DNA of 62,690 nt, the filler included, from Choristocarpus tenellus KU-1152 (Eukaryota > Protista > Phaeophyceae): the NCBI GenBank assembly GCA_964200185.2. It is 12 parts of 12 records of this genome, joined end to end, with 100 filler letters (N's around TTAATTAATTAA, not from the genome) between each part and the next. Parts side by side here need not be neighbours in the genome. Positions count along the whole stretch, not along the records: positions 1 to 3,578 come from CAXNAD020019146.1; positions 3,679 to 8,026 come from CAXNAD020014989.1; positions 8,127 to 11,819 come from CAXNAD020018473.1; 9 more parts are not named here. One strand, 5' to 3'. Below are positions 1-11,919 of this stretch, piece after piece. Position 1 is the first letter of the stretch; each line of letters begins with the position of its first letter. A program made the translations under genes and the position numbers. Under the pieces are notes generated by a model. The model did not search any database, was not told the DNA's origin, and was given only the letters and a program-made list of their open reading frames with translations.

Positions 1-32
1 GGGGGGGGTGGGGGGGGGGAGGGGGTACCACC

Positions 33-2522
33 TTTGTGGCTCATAAAGAAGGTGCGGCACAAGGACTCTTTGCATCCTCCCCAGCACTGTTCCCCACTGC
101 TTTATCATAACCGCCACGAGAGCAGACTGAAAGCTCCCAGACACAGCATTTCCACAGGCGTGTGCCACCTTCACGTCAATAAGGCAGCAGTTACGTGTGA
201 CAATATGGGCTGGAGATTGAGATGTCAGAGTTAGGGTTAGGGACAGCGATGAAGGCTAGGGTTTACACCAATAAGTCCAATGTGTCATTTCAACCAACGG
301 GATGCATAGAGTAAGGAAGTCGAGATTGAGTTGCCATGGTTGTCGATCAGGGTCACTGCTCCCACAAGCTGGTTTGCATACAGTTACACTCATTGGGGAA
401 TCACGGCAGAGTGACAAAAGGGAGGAATCTGCACCATTGTGTAAGAGAGGTCTATTTCTTTACTCAGACTTTGGTGAGACACCAGCTCAAACACAGGTCC
501 TTATCATAGTACCACAATGTACTGATCGCTGACAGCTGAGCTCACTTGATATTGTGCCTCAGGTAACACACAATTTTCATAAGCAGGCACTCAATATACT
601 GTGCCACGAGACCCACAACGCCTTCAGGTCTACTACAAAAATCAAACTACTTTTTATTTGTACTACACTCTTCGCACACATCCCATGCCTTGAACAATCT
701 TCCACTTACCCACATTGTTATTATACTAAGGATAGGATAGTACCAAGTGTGACAAGGATGAGACTTCATCACAAGAGGACAACCAAACACCCATCCACAT
801 GAGAACTGTGAAGCTTTACCTTGGGGATGACCAGCACCACAACATTCAGAACAAGAGTGACTTCTTACCGAGTACAACCCCACAGGCAAGCAGCTAGATG
901 GACCAATCACAGGTTTGGGGTTAGGGTTGAAGCTAAGAGAAGGGATCCGGATGAGGATTGGACTCTCGTGTCTGTGTTTAAGAAGTCTTCAAGATTAGCA
1001 CTGGGAACTGACCATGGTCAAGAGGAAGTAGATTGAGCAGAGGACTTGCACCCCAAATACTCTGTCATCGCTGAGATATTTCACCAAGCGCTGCTGCACT
1101 GGCAAGACCTCCTGCCCAAGCGAGATAAAGGGTGAAACTGGATCAGTGTTATGAGGAGAGGGTGAGAGATTGAAAGAGGTGGTGACATGTTCGGATTACA
1201 CAGTAGGGAATGGGATTGTGGTGTACCGTCCTATGAGTTCCTATGTCCTAATCCTAACCCTGACCTGGACCTAACCATCAAGAGTCTCAAACTACATCAA
1301 GGTAGGTGGTTCTTCAAAGCACTGAAAGCTTGCTCACAATGTGTATGGCCTCAGGCCCTACACAGCCTCCCTCCAACACTCAGTTAGCCTATGCCATACC
1401 AGTACCAGAGGTTTAGGTGAGTTACCACAACTATTATGGCACTTCTTGCGTGTGAGCAACGGTAACGATGTCTCGACAGGTGCAAATATCAAGTGTTGCC
1501 ATTCTCTGAATGGGAGAGAGGCATGGCACAAAAGTAATCTCCACTCGCAGATACTCTCTTTTAAGTTAATAACATGCAACGTAGTAAACATAACCCTAAT
1601 CTGCTTTAGCAAAGAAGCGGGGCAAGCGCATACAGCAGATAGCTCCCTCTACCCCTCCACCCAAGCCATGACTTGATGGCCGTTCTTTAGTGAGCTATTG
1701 CATCAACCATGTAGGAAATTGACAGCAACTGAAGACATAATATCACCACTAAACCACTCACTTCGATTTTCTCCTCGGCTCTTGTTTGTCCCACGCGCTG
1801 ACCAGGTGGGAAGGAGAATAGCGGGGGGGTCGGCCGTTTTCCCACATCAGAAACATGTTCTGGTTCCGTTCCCTTACCCTTAACCTGGTCTTCCTCCGCG
1901 TCACTGTTCGCTACTTCTGAGCGCGACTTTCCAGGCTCACCCATCCCTTTGCTATCTTCAGATCCCTCTGGTTCGTCTAAATCCCCCTCTGAAGACGACG
2001 TTGAAATCTTGATGGGTTCCTGCAACAATCATAGGAAAGTTAGGGCGTTGAATGTAGAGATGTTGGTCATGCCCAAGAGCTTTGGAGAAGAGAACAATGG
2101 CACCAAGTGAACCAGTCGAATGTGATGTTCTTTACGTGTTGTGCACATCTAATTCATCTGGTGCATACCTCATCTTCGCTATCCCTTCTTGAGTCTGTAA
2201 TGTCATTGGCGGCGTGGGTGGCACTGTCATCCTCTTCGTCACTGTCTTCAGGGTACCCCATACTCTCCACCGAGAGGAAATCCTCTAGGTCATCAATTTC
2301 ATGACTGCTCTCATTGCTAATTCCCCCACTACCTCCACCTCTAACTCTGACGAAGGACAGCAACTTCGGTCTTCTTCCACGAGCTTCAGCAAAGGTGGAC
2401 CTTCCAGGCCCAGCATGTAAGGCATGTGCACACCCCAAAAGTGCCAACACAAAGACCAGGCACAGACCGCCTCGCCCTATCCAACGAGACCGACAAATAG
2501 CTTGGTCTCCTTGCATCATCAA
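33..2522 (-). CDS. Multi-exon gene, unknown protein with N-terminal signal peptide, RGG motif, acidic region and probable membrane segments (3' end runs off the window)
   Basis: Exon 2522-2169 (hydrophobic GLCLVFVLALLGCAHA, then VRVRGGG, acidic tract, GT donor); exon from 2019 (EPIKIST...); further plausible exons near 1795-1762, 1138-1050 (FTLYLAWAGGLASAAALG) and ~168-33. Downstream exon boundaries are approximate. Confidence 0.6.
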
Positions 2523-3508
2523 GTCGCTTTCTCAAGTTGGGAGGATGAGTCGAGCCAGTTATAGGGTTTTGTATAGATTTTTCACATGGTGAAGGATTGG
2601 TCAAGATCTGTAAAATGGACGTGACACGTGTAACATTCATTCTTCGGTAAACATACTATCAAAACACAATATTAATGACCACCAAATATATGGTGTGGAC
2701 TTCGTGTGATGGAAGGATGCACCCCAAATAAAAACCAACGCAAAGTAGAGGTCCCACTCCATCCACATATAATTCTGGCATCTCGGTATTGTCTCTCGAA
2801 GCAACACGACCAAGCACCATGGTTTGTTTAATACAGAGTCCAAAGCACCCAACCAAACTTCACTCTGCTCCCTGGCAAGTGCAAACCCTATACACTCTAT
2901 CCAATTATTCTTTGTTTAGCACAACCTACAGATAATGAATTACCAACTAAATCGAATTATTATGGGGCCATATGCAAACAATCTTGACTTACGAGAATTG
3001 GGGACAGACATACCACGACCAATCATACACACACAAAGGCACATATATGACAGCCTCCTAGCCTTATTTCCTTGTGGTGTGATATTTTCTTGACTGGATT
3101 GGACAGGTAGATGATCTGCTCTTGACCCACAAAATCAATGATTCGCACACAACAATAAGAACAGTAGGAAAATATCGATGGGAGAACAATAATCTCTGAT
3201 GCACTTCGTCTACCGTCTTAGACCATCATCAGTGGATGGCTCTATTATATGACATGATTGATTAGCTGCTCAAAACAGTTCCCACACCTACACTGGTGGG
3301 GTGTAATATGTGTTTTGTGTGTCGCAGCCACCTACCACTTCTCAACATCGCCAAGTTCTGTACTTCGGCTGCTAACCTCACCTTCTGCTCATGGTCTCAG
3401 CTCGCTTTGCTTATATGGTTTTCATTTAGAGAGTGGACGATGAACGCTTGGGCAGGTATTGTATGTCCAACCCATGGGAATAGTCGTTCAACTCCCACAG
3501 ATAGATGT

Positions 3509-3578
3509 GAGTGAAAGTATCTTAGAGGGTACGAGTTTTGCCCAGTTTGTCCATTTGGGGCTTGGCTTCCCACGGGGT
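3509..3578. mobile_element. MITE family A, end truncated by contig break
   Basis: Starts with the TIR GAGTGAAAGTATCTTAGAGGGTACGAG, as in the full copies. Confidence 0.85.
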
Positions 3579-3678
3579 NNNNNNNNNNNNNNNNNNNNNN
3601 NNNNNNNNNNNNNNNNNNNNNNTTAATTAATTAANNNNNNNNNNNNNNNNNNNNNNNNNNNNNNNNNNNNNNNNNNNN
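3579..3678. other. Artificial contig linker (N44-TTAATTAATTAA-N44); identical linkers at 8027-8126, 11820-11919, 14640-14739, 18957-19056, 35234-35333, 43116-43215, 46464-46563, 50911-51010, 53826-53925, 57478-57577
   Basis: Eleven identical 100-nt spacers whose core gives stops in all six frames; this is a concatenation of 12 contigs. Confidence 0.97.
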
Positions 3679-3912
3679 AGAAAAAAACCATACCCTTTCA
3701 AACAAGCCCCCCCCCCACCAAAAAACCAAAACCATCATATAAAAATAAAAAAAAAAAAAAAGATTAAAAAAAAAAAAAAATTGGCGCGCTTCGTCAGTAG
3801 GCAGGCTAGGTTTAAAGCATGACACCCACCCACTACAGGAGTGTGCGGAAAATTGGTTCGGAGTAAAGGCATCCAATCAAGTCTCTTAAGAAACTAGCTA
3901 CAAGAAACTAAC

Positions 3913-4387
3913 CGTTCCCAACTCTGGATCGATCAGAAAGACCATCTTATCCTTAATCCCATCTGCAGTAACTCGATATGCTTCCATCCAGTCGCGATCG
4001 GGGTCACTGAGGACTGGGAAGAGTATCCTCCGCTTCTTGACCACCTTTCGATTGAAGGAAGGCGTGTCTGCCGTAATAGCCACCACGTCCGCCATCTGGA
4101 TGAAAAAACACAATGGAACAGATCCGCAACAGGCAATGTTGGTGCAGATTCGAAGGAGGCGATGACCGTGCTACATAGTACTACATAGTTGCTATGTAGT
4201 ACTATGTAGCTTGTGAGGAAGGGGAGGGATGATGGACAATTGTTTGAAGTTTTCAAGTACCGCAATACAGGTGTACTTTGAAGTGTGTATCAAAAGATAG
4301 AAATTCGTATCACACCATTAGTGTAATGCCATCATGAGTACTGAAGACTATTGCAGGAGGGACAACAAAGTATTCATTTTTATGAAA

Positions 4388-4425
<38 letters not shown>

Positions 4426-7400
4426 GACTTGATTGATTATATTGAATGGGATTGATGCTAGATGCACCCTAGTCCAGCAGGCTTGACATGTGTGTAATAC
4501 TACATATTATTACAATACTTAGCAATATCTTCTCAACCAATATGGTTGTTTGTGTCAAATGTGTCTATAGTCTTGCATTAATATCTGTAGCTAAAAAGTG
4601 GGAAGACACTGTTGTTTATCTGTCCAAGTACCTTCACACTCATTCACTACATTTAGTACATTCAGTTCGTGTTCATCCCTCTAATAAAAAAAAGGGCATT
4701 CATGAATATGACTACATGCAGTTAAGAAATACTATCCAAAAAGAAACGCTTGCCTTCCTTGGCATTCTCATGTTAAGCTCTTCCATAGCAACCTTGATGT
4801 CAGCACTATCCTTGTTGGGATCGGCTACAACTAGGAGGGGCTTGGTCCCACGGAATAGCCCAAAGTCCATCTGGAGGTGACCAGAAGGAGTTCGAGGTGG
4901 GCAGGAAGGGGAAGGTGGTGAAGGAAGCGATGAAATGACAAATGCCAGCCCTAACCCTAACCCCAACCCTAACATACACACACACATATATATATATCAC
5001 TCTGCGAGTCATCCCTTCAGAAAAAATCTAACTTTAGATCCAAGCATGCTAGTGGACAGGTTGGTATAGACTCTTTAATGATGTACAGGTTAGTAGTGAC
5101 TCTTTCAACATACAAACATGCACATATATAGTTTGGCACCAGCTCTCTTGAGATGGCATCAGAGCTTGTAGCACACCTCAATATATGCCACAACAGTAAT
5201 GCAATAATTAAAATAGTACTTACACATAGATACATACAAGAATATACATACAAGAACATAATATATATATACATAATACAGACACATATAGCAAACAACA
5301 TACATATATATACATAATACAGACACATATAGACACATACACAGCATACATACATATAGACAGATACAGACAGATACATACACATATACACAACATACAC
5401 ATATATACATAATACAGACAAACGCACATAGACACACAACAACCTGGTTCACAGATTGCAGCAAACATACACACACGTCCATGAGCACCACCCTTCAACC
5501 CAAGACACCCTTTTGTTGACTGCTGGATGCAGCACTGTCATATGAAGTCTTAGTGTACTATATAGACTTCAAAATGCCCCTCTTCTACATATAATAGACA
5601 CATCAAATCAACCCTCCCAGACTTGAACCTTAGTCTCTGAGGTGTCAGTCAACACACTCCAGATATCCAGGTTGGCAAAGTCCCCTCGCTGAAGGAGTCC
5701 CTGATGTTGATGGATATTGATGTTGATGGATATTGATGTTGATGGATATTGATGTTCATGTAAGGAGGAGTGATGGGCACACACAGAATTATTTAATATA
5801 GTTATTTTGTGATTGGTCTTGTGAATGGAATCACTACAATTCAAGTATCCCTAATCCTGAGACTACCATCATGTTCATTCAACATTGCAATGAAGGGATT
5901 AGTGAGGGATAGTTACACTCCAATACAAACAAATAGCAGGTTATAAGTAATATTGCCAACCTCGTCCATGAGCTGTGTAAGTGTGGTCATGAAGCCTCAC
6001 TCAGTGCAGGTGTTGATCCCAACCGATTACCCAAGAGTAGATCTGAAGCTGTTGTGTGTATCTAGTCTAATGCGAACTAACCTTTCAAATATAAAAATAA
6101 AAACTTAATGTTAAACTATTGATATTAAAACAGCAGTATCAATTGATACTGATAAAATCTAAAACAGTATTTTTAATACTTAATCTTAATTACTGGTATT
6201 GATACACATAAGATAAAATGGTATAATAATGTAACACATCACTGACCACTTCAAAGTGTCTTTGATCCCTTGCCTCCTCCACTGCAGGTGCTACATACGT
6301 TGCTTCAACTCCAGAGGAGAGCATTTCGTCAAAGTCTGTGTAGGCTCTCTGATAGACACAAGGAGAATGGTTCAACAAAATGCAATACGAGGGGAGAAGG
6401 AAAGGGTTAGCATTGATTGTATCATATCATATCATATCATATCATATCGTATCAGGCACAGGACAAGCAAAGGATAGAAAAAAAAATATGTATGGGGAAT
6501 TAAGGATGGGGTCAGCTCATGGGCTGTCAGAGTCGGAGGATATAGACAAGAAAGACTTGATGTTGGTAAAGAAATGAAGCACCTCAAGTCAGGTACATTC
6601 CCATTCCCTTAAGATGAACAAGAAACAAGACAGAACTCACACCGAAATCTCTGGATAGTTTATTCACAGAATCTGGAAAATAGAAAATGGCATTGCAGCA
6701 TGTTCCTTATCCCTGACAAAAGACAAGTCTTGCTATCATGTTCCTTATCCCTGACAAAATAAGGTATTGCCACTATCTTAGTGCGGTCAACTTAAAAAAA
6801 ACAGAAATAACACTAAAATAGTAACACAAGAAAAATCTGCTGCACTAACAACCCTAACCCTAACCCTAACCCTAACCCTAACCACAAAAAAGAAAACACG
6901 CCGTAGATCACTCCTCTTGTAGGTAGTGCACAATATAGAGATTATTTAAAATCAACACATGAATATTGAAAAAATAAAAATAGAACATAAACTTCACGTT
7001 GGGAAGGTTTTGCATATCATCGCAGGCGGTAACTGTCTCCTGTTCCCACTGCTGATAACAATAGCCCCTGTTATCTCGTGTTGCCCATCTCCAAAGCAAC
7101 AAGATTGGTCTATCAGACTCAAATACATCTATCCATCCATCCATTCAGATGTCTCATACCATACCTTATCACAGATAAAATAATCACTACCACTATTTAA
7201 TACCATCAATGCACACATACAATTGTACACCAATAAAGTGTCTATCTCCTTTACATTGGTGCAAAGTGTACAGGAAAAATAACATCTCTCTGTCCTGGCA
7301 ACATATCCCATTTTATCTTTAGTGTTTGCATGCTATCCCACTATATATACATAATATGTACTACCCTTGAAGGCGTCTGTTCTTCCGAACCCTCCGATGC

Positions 7401-7619
7401 AAGAGACCACTGCAATACCATGCATGTATTGCAATACATGTCTCATCTTAGATATATACAAATAGAGATGCATACGTGTGTATATGTGTACAATAATTCA
7501 CACCTCTGTTCTCCACAAGAAGTGACAAAGCAACCTATGTACTCTATTGTGCAAACAAGAACCAATCAACACACAATAAAGAGTCATGGGGAGGGNNNNN
7601 NNNNNAGAGACAAAAGCAA

Positions 7620-7655
<36 letters not shown>

Positions 7656-7825
7656 AAGATTACATTGGATTCTTTTGATGAACTCTTGGTGCCTTTCACA
7701 TTGCCTGAGGCAGTGTTGTCCCTTTTCACCTTCTCCAAAAGAGCATCATACTCCCTATACCCAGTGTTGACATCAGGGACAAATTGATCACCTGCTTCCA
7801 TCCGTGAAATGGTGGGTGCGTACAA
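3913..7825 (-). CDS. Multi-exon gene encoding an AhpC/TSA (peroxiredoxin/BCP-like, thioredoxin-fold) domain protein lacking the peroxidatic Cys; partial
   Basis: Exons 6348-6247, 5700-5629 (GLLQRGDFANLDIWSVLTDTSETK), 4870-4754 (MDFGLFRGTKPLLVVADPNKDSADI...), 4095-3913 (VVAITADTP...FPVLSDPDRDWMEAYRV...VFLIDPELGT) splice in frame and resemble the AhpC/TSA pattern. Upstream exons near 7825-7640 are less certain. Confidence 0.7.
4391..4425. repeat. (AAT)n microsatellite
   Basis: Directly visible in an intron. Confidence 0.95.
5220..5478. repeat. Degenerate AC/AT low-complexity tandem repeat (intronic)
   Basis: Repeating ACATAT/ACAGACAC units; source of spurious Cys/Val/Tyr/Met ORFs. Confidence 0.9.
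6850..6883. repeat. Interstitial telomere-type (CCCTAA)n tract
   Basis: About 5.5 units of AACCCT; shorter tracts occur throughout the window. Confidence 0.9.
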
Positions 7826-8126
7826 TAGTTTCAGTCAATATCAACACTAGAACACACTGTATAAGACAGGGAACTATTACTATTACTACTACTGCTGCTG
7901 CTGCTGCTACTACTACTAATAATAATAAAACAAAAATAGTAGCACTCATCCACATGTCAAGGTGTAAGAAGAAGCAGTGGGGACGGGTGGGGGGGAGGTG
8001 GCGTGGATTGTGTGGGCAGGGAGCATNNNNNNNNNNNNNNNNNNNNNNNNNNNNNNNNNNNNNNNNNNNNTTAATTAATTAANNNNNNNNNNNNNNNNNN
8101 NNNNNNNNNNNNNNNNNNNNNNNNNN

Positions 8127-8508
8127 GGATCTCGTCCTCTGCACGTCCACCGTAGACTCTTTCTAATTCTAAGCATGCCCCTCTGCCGTCTGGTTGGCCC
8201 CCATTTTCGTATTTCGCCTCAATTGTGGATGCGGACCACTTCGTCGTTTGTAGAAGGAGGAACCATAACCCCTTGTTATTCTTCAAGTGTGTGGCATGTG
8301 CCGTACGCACTGCCTCTCCCGAGATGGTGGTGGGTGTTTCAGGAATCTCGTAGTCCCTCGTTGTAATCTCGTACAAACCCTTTCCACCAACGTAGGTGAT
8401 CAATGACAGTCTCCAAGTCGACCAGGTCTCCAATGACCTCCCTGTGGCCCCCATCCAGACAGCAAGTTTCTTCAGGTCGGTCTCCATACTACTAAGGCTC
8501 ATAACCTG
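8127..8508 (-). mobile_element. Ty1/copia gag N-terminus with primer-binding site
   Basis: CA|GGTTATGAGCC at 8508-8496 (complement of the tRNA-iMet anticodon arm), followed by a gag-like ORF (W..W..L..Y...KGL; LLLQTT...A...DGRGA.LELERVY). Confidence 0.7.
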
Positions 8509-10662
8509 TGCAATTTACCTTGGGAGATCAAATGCTTTCGAAACATGGTGTTTTGATTCGGGGGCCCCCAATAATGTATCGAAAGACTCGATGTACATGT
8601 ATGACTTCACCACATATCCACAAGGCCACAACATAACCATGGTTGACGGCACATCACTACCCATTGTGGGGTATGGCAAGATCGATTGGAATTTCAATGT
8701 TGGTCACAATATGTGGGTGCATGTTACTTTGGCGTCAACCGCATTTGTCCCGAAAAACAGCTTTCAATCTTCTATCTCCATACTCCGTTAGAAAAATATG
8801 GATATGAGATAGTTTCGGTGTTTTATTTGTTGTTATCTGCGTATTTCCCTTCACATCTCCCGAGTACTAGAGGACGCATTGTATCTACTCTCAGTCCAAG
8901 AGCTGGGGGGTGCTGATTATAGTATCTCCTGGACTGATTGAGAGTACAAGGGGAGTATGAGATAGACGTTTACTGTTATGGATGGAGACCTGGATTGGTG
9001 AGAGTTCAGGAAGTGGAGACTGGACGCTGAGGTTACCATTCTACAAGCACTTCACCTGGTGGCTGTGCAAACTTCTGTCATTTTTCTACTGTTTTATTTT
9101 CCAAGAGTTCCATTGTTTGATATGTTTTGTCTTTTTTCCAGTGAGACTTACCCTTGTGATCTGTGTGAGTGATGAGTCTATTAGAGTGTTAAGCGGATGA
9201 TATCCCTCTAGAACCCAAGGCTGTAAGAACAGCACATAGTTCTCCTGAATGTGATTTATAGGATCGAACTAGAGCAGAAGAGATGTCTGATTTTTTGTTT
9301 GAATGGCAGTTGGATGGAGACTGTGTTACTCCCCGGACGCAGGGCCATTTACACCAAAATATATTCACTAGCACAATTTCAAATGAATTTGGTAAGGTAG
9401 TGAGACACAAGGCATGTCTAGTAGCAACAGGGTTTTCATGAGACTAAGGATTTATATTTTCTGCGATACCTTTGCCCTTACGACATGGCCTGTACGTTTA
9501 AGAGTGGTCTTTGGTATTGATCAAGGACATGGAATTGCAGGACTGGGATATAAAGCAGAGTAGTTTGTTTGAGCAGGAATCAGAAAAATATATATTTGTT
9601 CGTTTTTGTGATGGATCTGGTACATGCCCAGGAAGTATTGTGCGTATCGTGAAAACTTATTATGGCACCAAACAGGCTAGCCGGGAGTTTAACAATTTGT
9701 TCGTGCATGTTTATGAGTAATGCAGAGCAGATCCCTGTGTGTTATACTATGTGAAAGATGGCGTTGTTTGTGCTGTGATAGCCCCTCACGTTGATGATCT
9801 TTTGGTAGCCTGTATAAATGATATTATGATGTGGGCAGCTGTTATAACTAGGCTTGACATTGCAAATGCAGTTCGTGAAGTTGTCAAGTACAGCAGTAAT
9901 CCCAAAGTCACACTTTGGCGTGCAGTGAAGTGTATTTTAGCATATTTGAATACGTGTCCAAGTGTTAGATTGAGGTTTGATGGTTTTGACACTGAGTGTG
10001 AGTTGAGTGCGTATGCTGATACTAGTTATGCTGGAGACTGGAATGATCGCAGATCAGTGACTGGAGGAGCAATAATGCTTGCAGAGGAGCAATATCTTGG
10101 ATGTCAAAAGTACAAAGGGTTGTATCTCTGTCTTCCACGGAGAGTGAGTATATAGCTCTTAGCAGTGTGGCACAGGAATTACTTTTCTTGAGAAGCATTT
10201 TTGAGTTTATTTTGCCATAGTTTTCTAGGCGTTGCATGGGCATGTCTGAGGATAACGATGGTGCATGCAAACTTGTACGAAATGCCACAAGCTTTACTAG
10301 AACAAAGCACATTGATGTCCGACACCATTTTCTGAGGGACTTAGCTAGAAGAGGAGAGATTCGTGTTGTTTTTGTTGGTACTGCCAATCAGAAGGCAGCT
10401 ATGTTAACCAAAAATTTGCCAGTTCGAGTTTTTTTTTACAGAACGTGAAATTCTTAATGAACATGTAAGGTAACATGTCTGTTGTAGATATTTTTTTGTT
10501 AATGATTGATTGATTGAGAGTTAATACTTGTTTTCAGGAAGGGGAGGATGTCAAATAAGCTAGTATTATCCTTTACGTTATCTGTGCTGATACAAGTATA
10601 TAACATAGGTTTCATGCACGTTTATCTTTGATTCGGTACAATACAAAGTAGTAACGTGCACA
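8509..10662 (+). mobile_element. Decayed Ty1/copia pol (protease, RT, RNase H) with PPT and probable short 3' LTR
   Basis: WCFDSGA protease; RHKACLVATGF, DPCVLY, HVDDLL, TRLDIANAV, AYADTSYAGD..DRRSVTG, EDNDGA..., RTKHIDVRHHFLRD; frameshifts and stops; polypurine AGGAAGGGGAGGA (10536-10548) then TG at 10549; candidate LTR end ...TGCACA at 10662. No integrase recognised. Confidence 0.9.
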
Positions 10663-11290
10663 GCAGTATGGTGGGCCAATGGGCCAATACGAGTGGTACG
10701 GACGGTATGGTGGGTCAATACTAGTGATATTGGGCACCTAGTGGAAAATTAATATTCAGTGTATTTTTACCATGTAACTCAACTACTAGTTTCGGCGATG
10801 AGCCTTTGCAGCACCAACGTTCTCAACACGGTAATCGAATATGACAATATTTGTGAGGCCAAGTTGAAGGTCACAAAACGATCCTCAATACACCCTGTCT
10901 TCAAGTACTAGCTGAATTGATCCTCCCACCTTTTGATGATGCTCTCCTTCACTTCCATATAAAGGTTCACACAGGGCAAATAATTTATTTTAGGATGTTT
11001 TTTTTTTTCAGGATGGCGGGTCATTTTTTTCCCTCACCAAAACGCATAAATGTATTCTTAACGAAAAATATTTCTTCACATACCAAAATGCACAAGTATA
11101 CTCTTCACGAAAATATTGAATGGCCCATTTATCCACATTATGCCAAATGGCCTCGCTTGGGTGTATTGGGGTAGTGTGCGAATGATAAATTTGAAGAGTG
11201 GTCTGGAGGGGGTATTTGAATTTAGGTGGAGATGCCGTTCGCTCAGAACAAATTTTATTTTGCTTCACATTAGTCTGGGGATTATCCCAA

Positions 11291-11434
11291 GGCTCAAAGT
11301 ATTTGGGGGGGGGGGGGGGGGGGGGGCCCCCCCGGGGGGCCCTTCGGAGCCGGAGGCGGGGGAGGGGGCCTCACATAANNNNNNNNNNTTTGTATTCTTT
11401 TTTTTGTGTGGTTTGTTGTGTTGGGGGGGGGGGT

Positions 11435-11478
<44 letters not shown>

Positions 11479-11626
11479 CTACACCAGGGTGTCCATTTGG
11501 ACCATGACCAGGAGAAGTGCGCTTACATTATCAATCCGGCGTATGCAACCAAATCACCCAAAGAATGCGACATGGAAAAATGGGCCCCGAATGAACAGCT
11601 GGTACCCCCCCCAGATACTTTGAGTC
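11291..11626. mobile_element. MITE family B (TIR GRCTCAAAGTATCTGGGGGGG, 4-bp TSD CCAA); partial copies at contig ends 35334-35376, 43022-43115, 53926-54015, 57383-57477
   Basis: GGCTCAAAGTATTTGGGG... and ...CCCCAGATACTTTGAGTC flanked by CCAA on both sides; the internal GGTCTACACCAGGGTG is shared in reverse with the 53926 copy. Confidence 0.75.
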
Positions 11627-11919
11627 CCAACACTTGCAGTCAGAGGCGCTATATGCCCCACTATTCTCATAGTAACTACTTAACGTTCCTCTACGATTAG
11701 TTGTGCTGCCTCCGTTCCAGTCTTATTCCTCATGTGGTCGGTTCACCACTTCCACCCAGTGCCATTCGTCTCTTTGTCTCCTCCCTTGAATTCTGTGCTT
11801 GACCCGCCCAAACGTTTGGNNNNNNNNNNNNNNNNNNNNNNNNNNNNNNNNNNNNNNNNNNNNTTAATTAATTAANNNNNNNNNNNNNNNNNNNNNNNNN
11901 NNNNNNNNNNNNNNNNNNN

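Noticed and set aside
3579-3678. Recurrent TTAATTAATTAA palindrome and ORFs ending in X..LIN
   Set aside because: Artificial scaffolding linker, not biology; it also rules out any gene-cluster inference across contigs.
5017-5498. Three overlapping Cys/Val/Tyr/Met-rich ORFs
   Set aside because: Translation of an AC/AT low-complexity intron tract.
11116-11700. Gly-rich ORFs of 194 and 141 aa
   Set aside because: They read through poly-G runs and Ns of MITE B.
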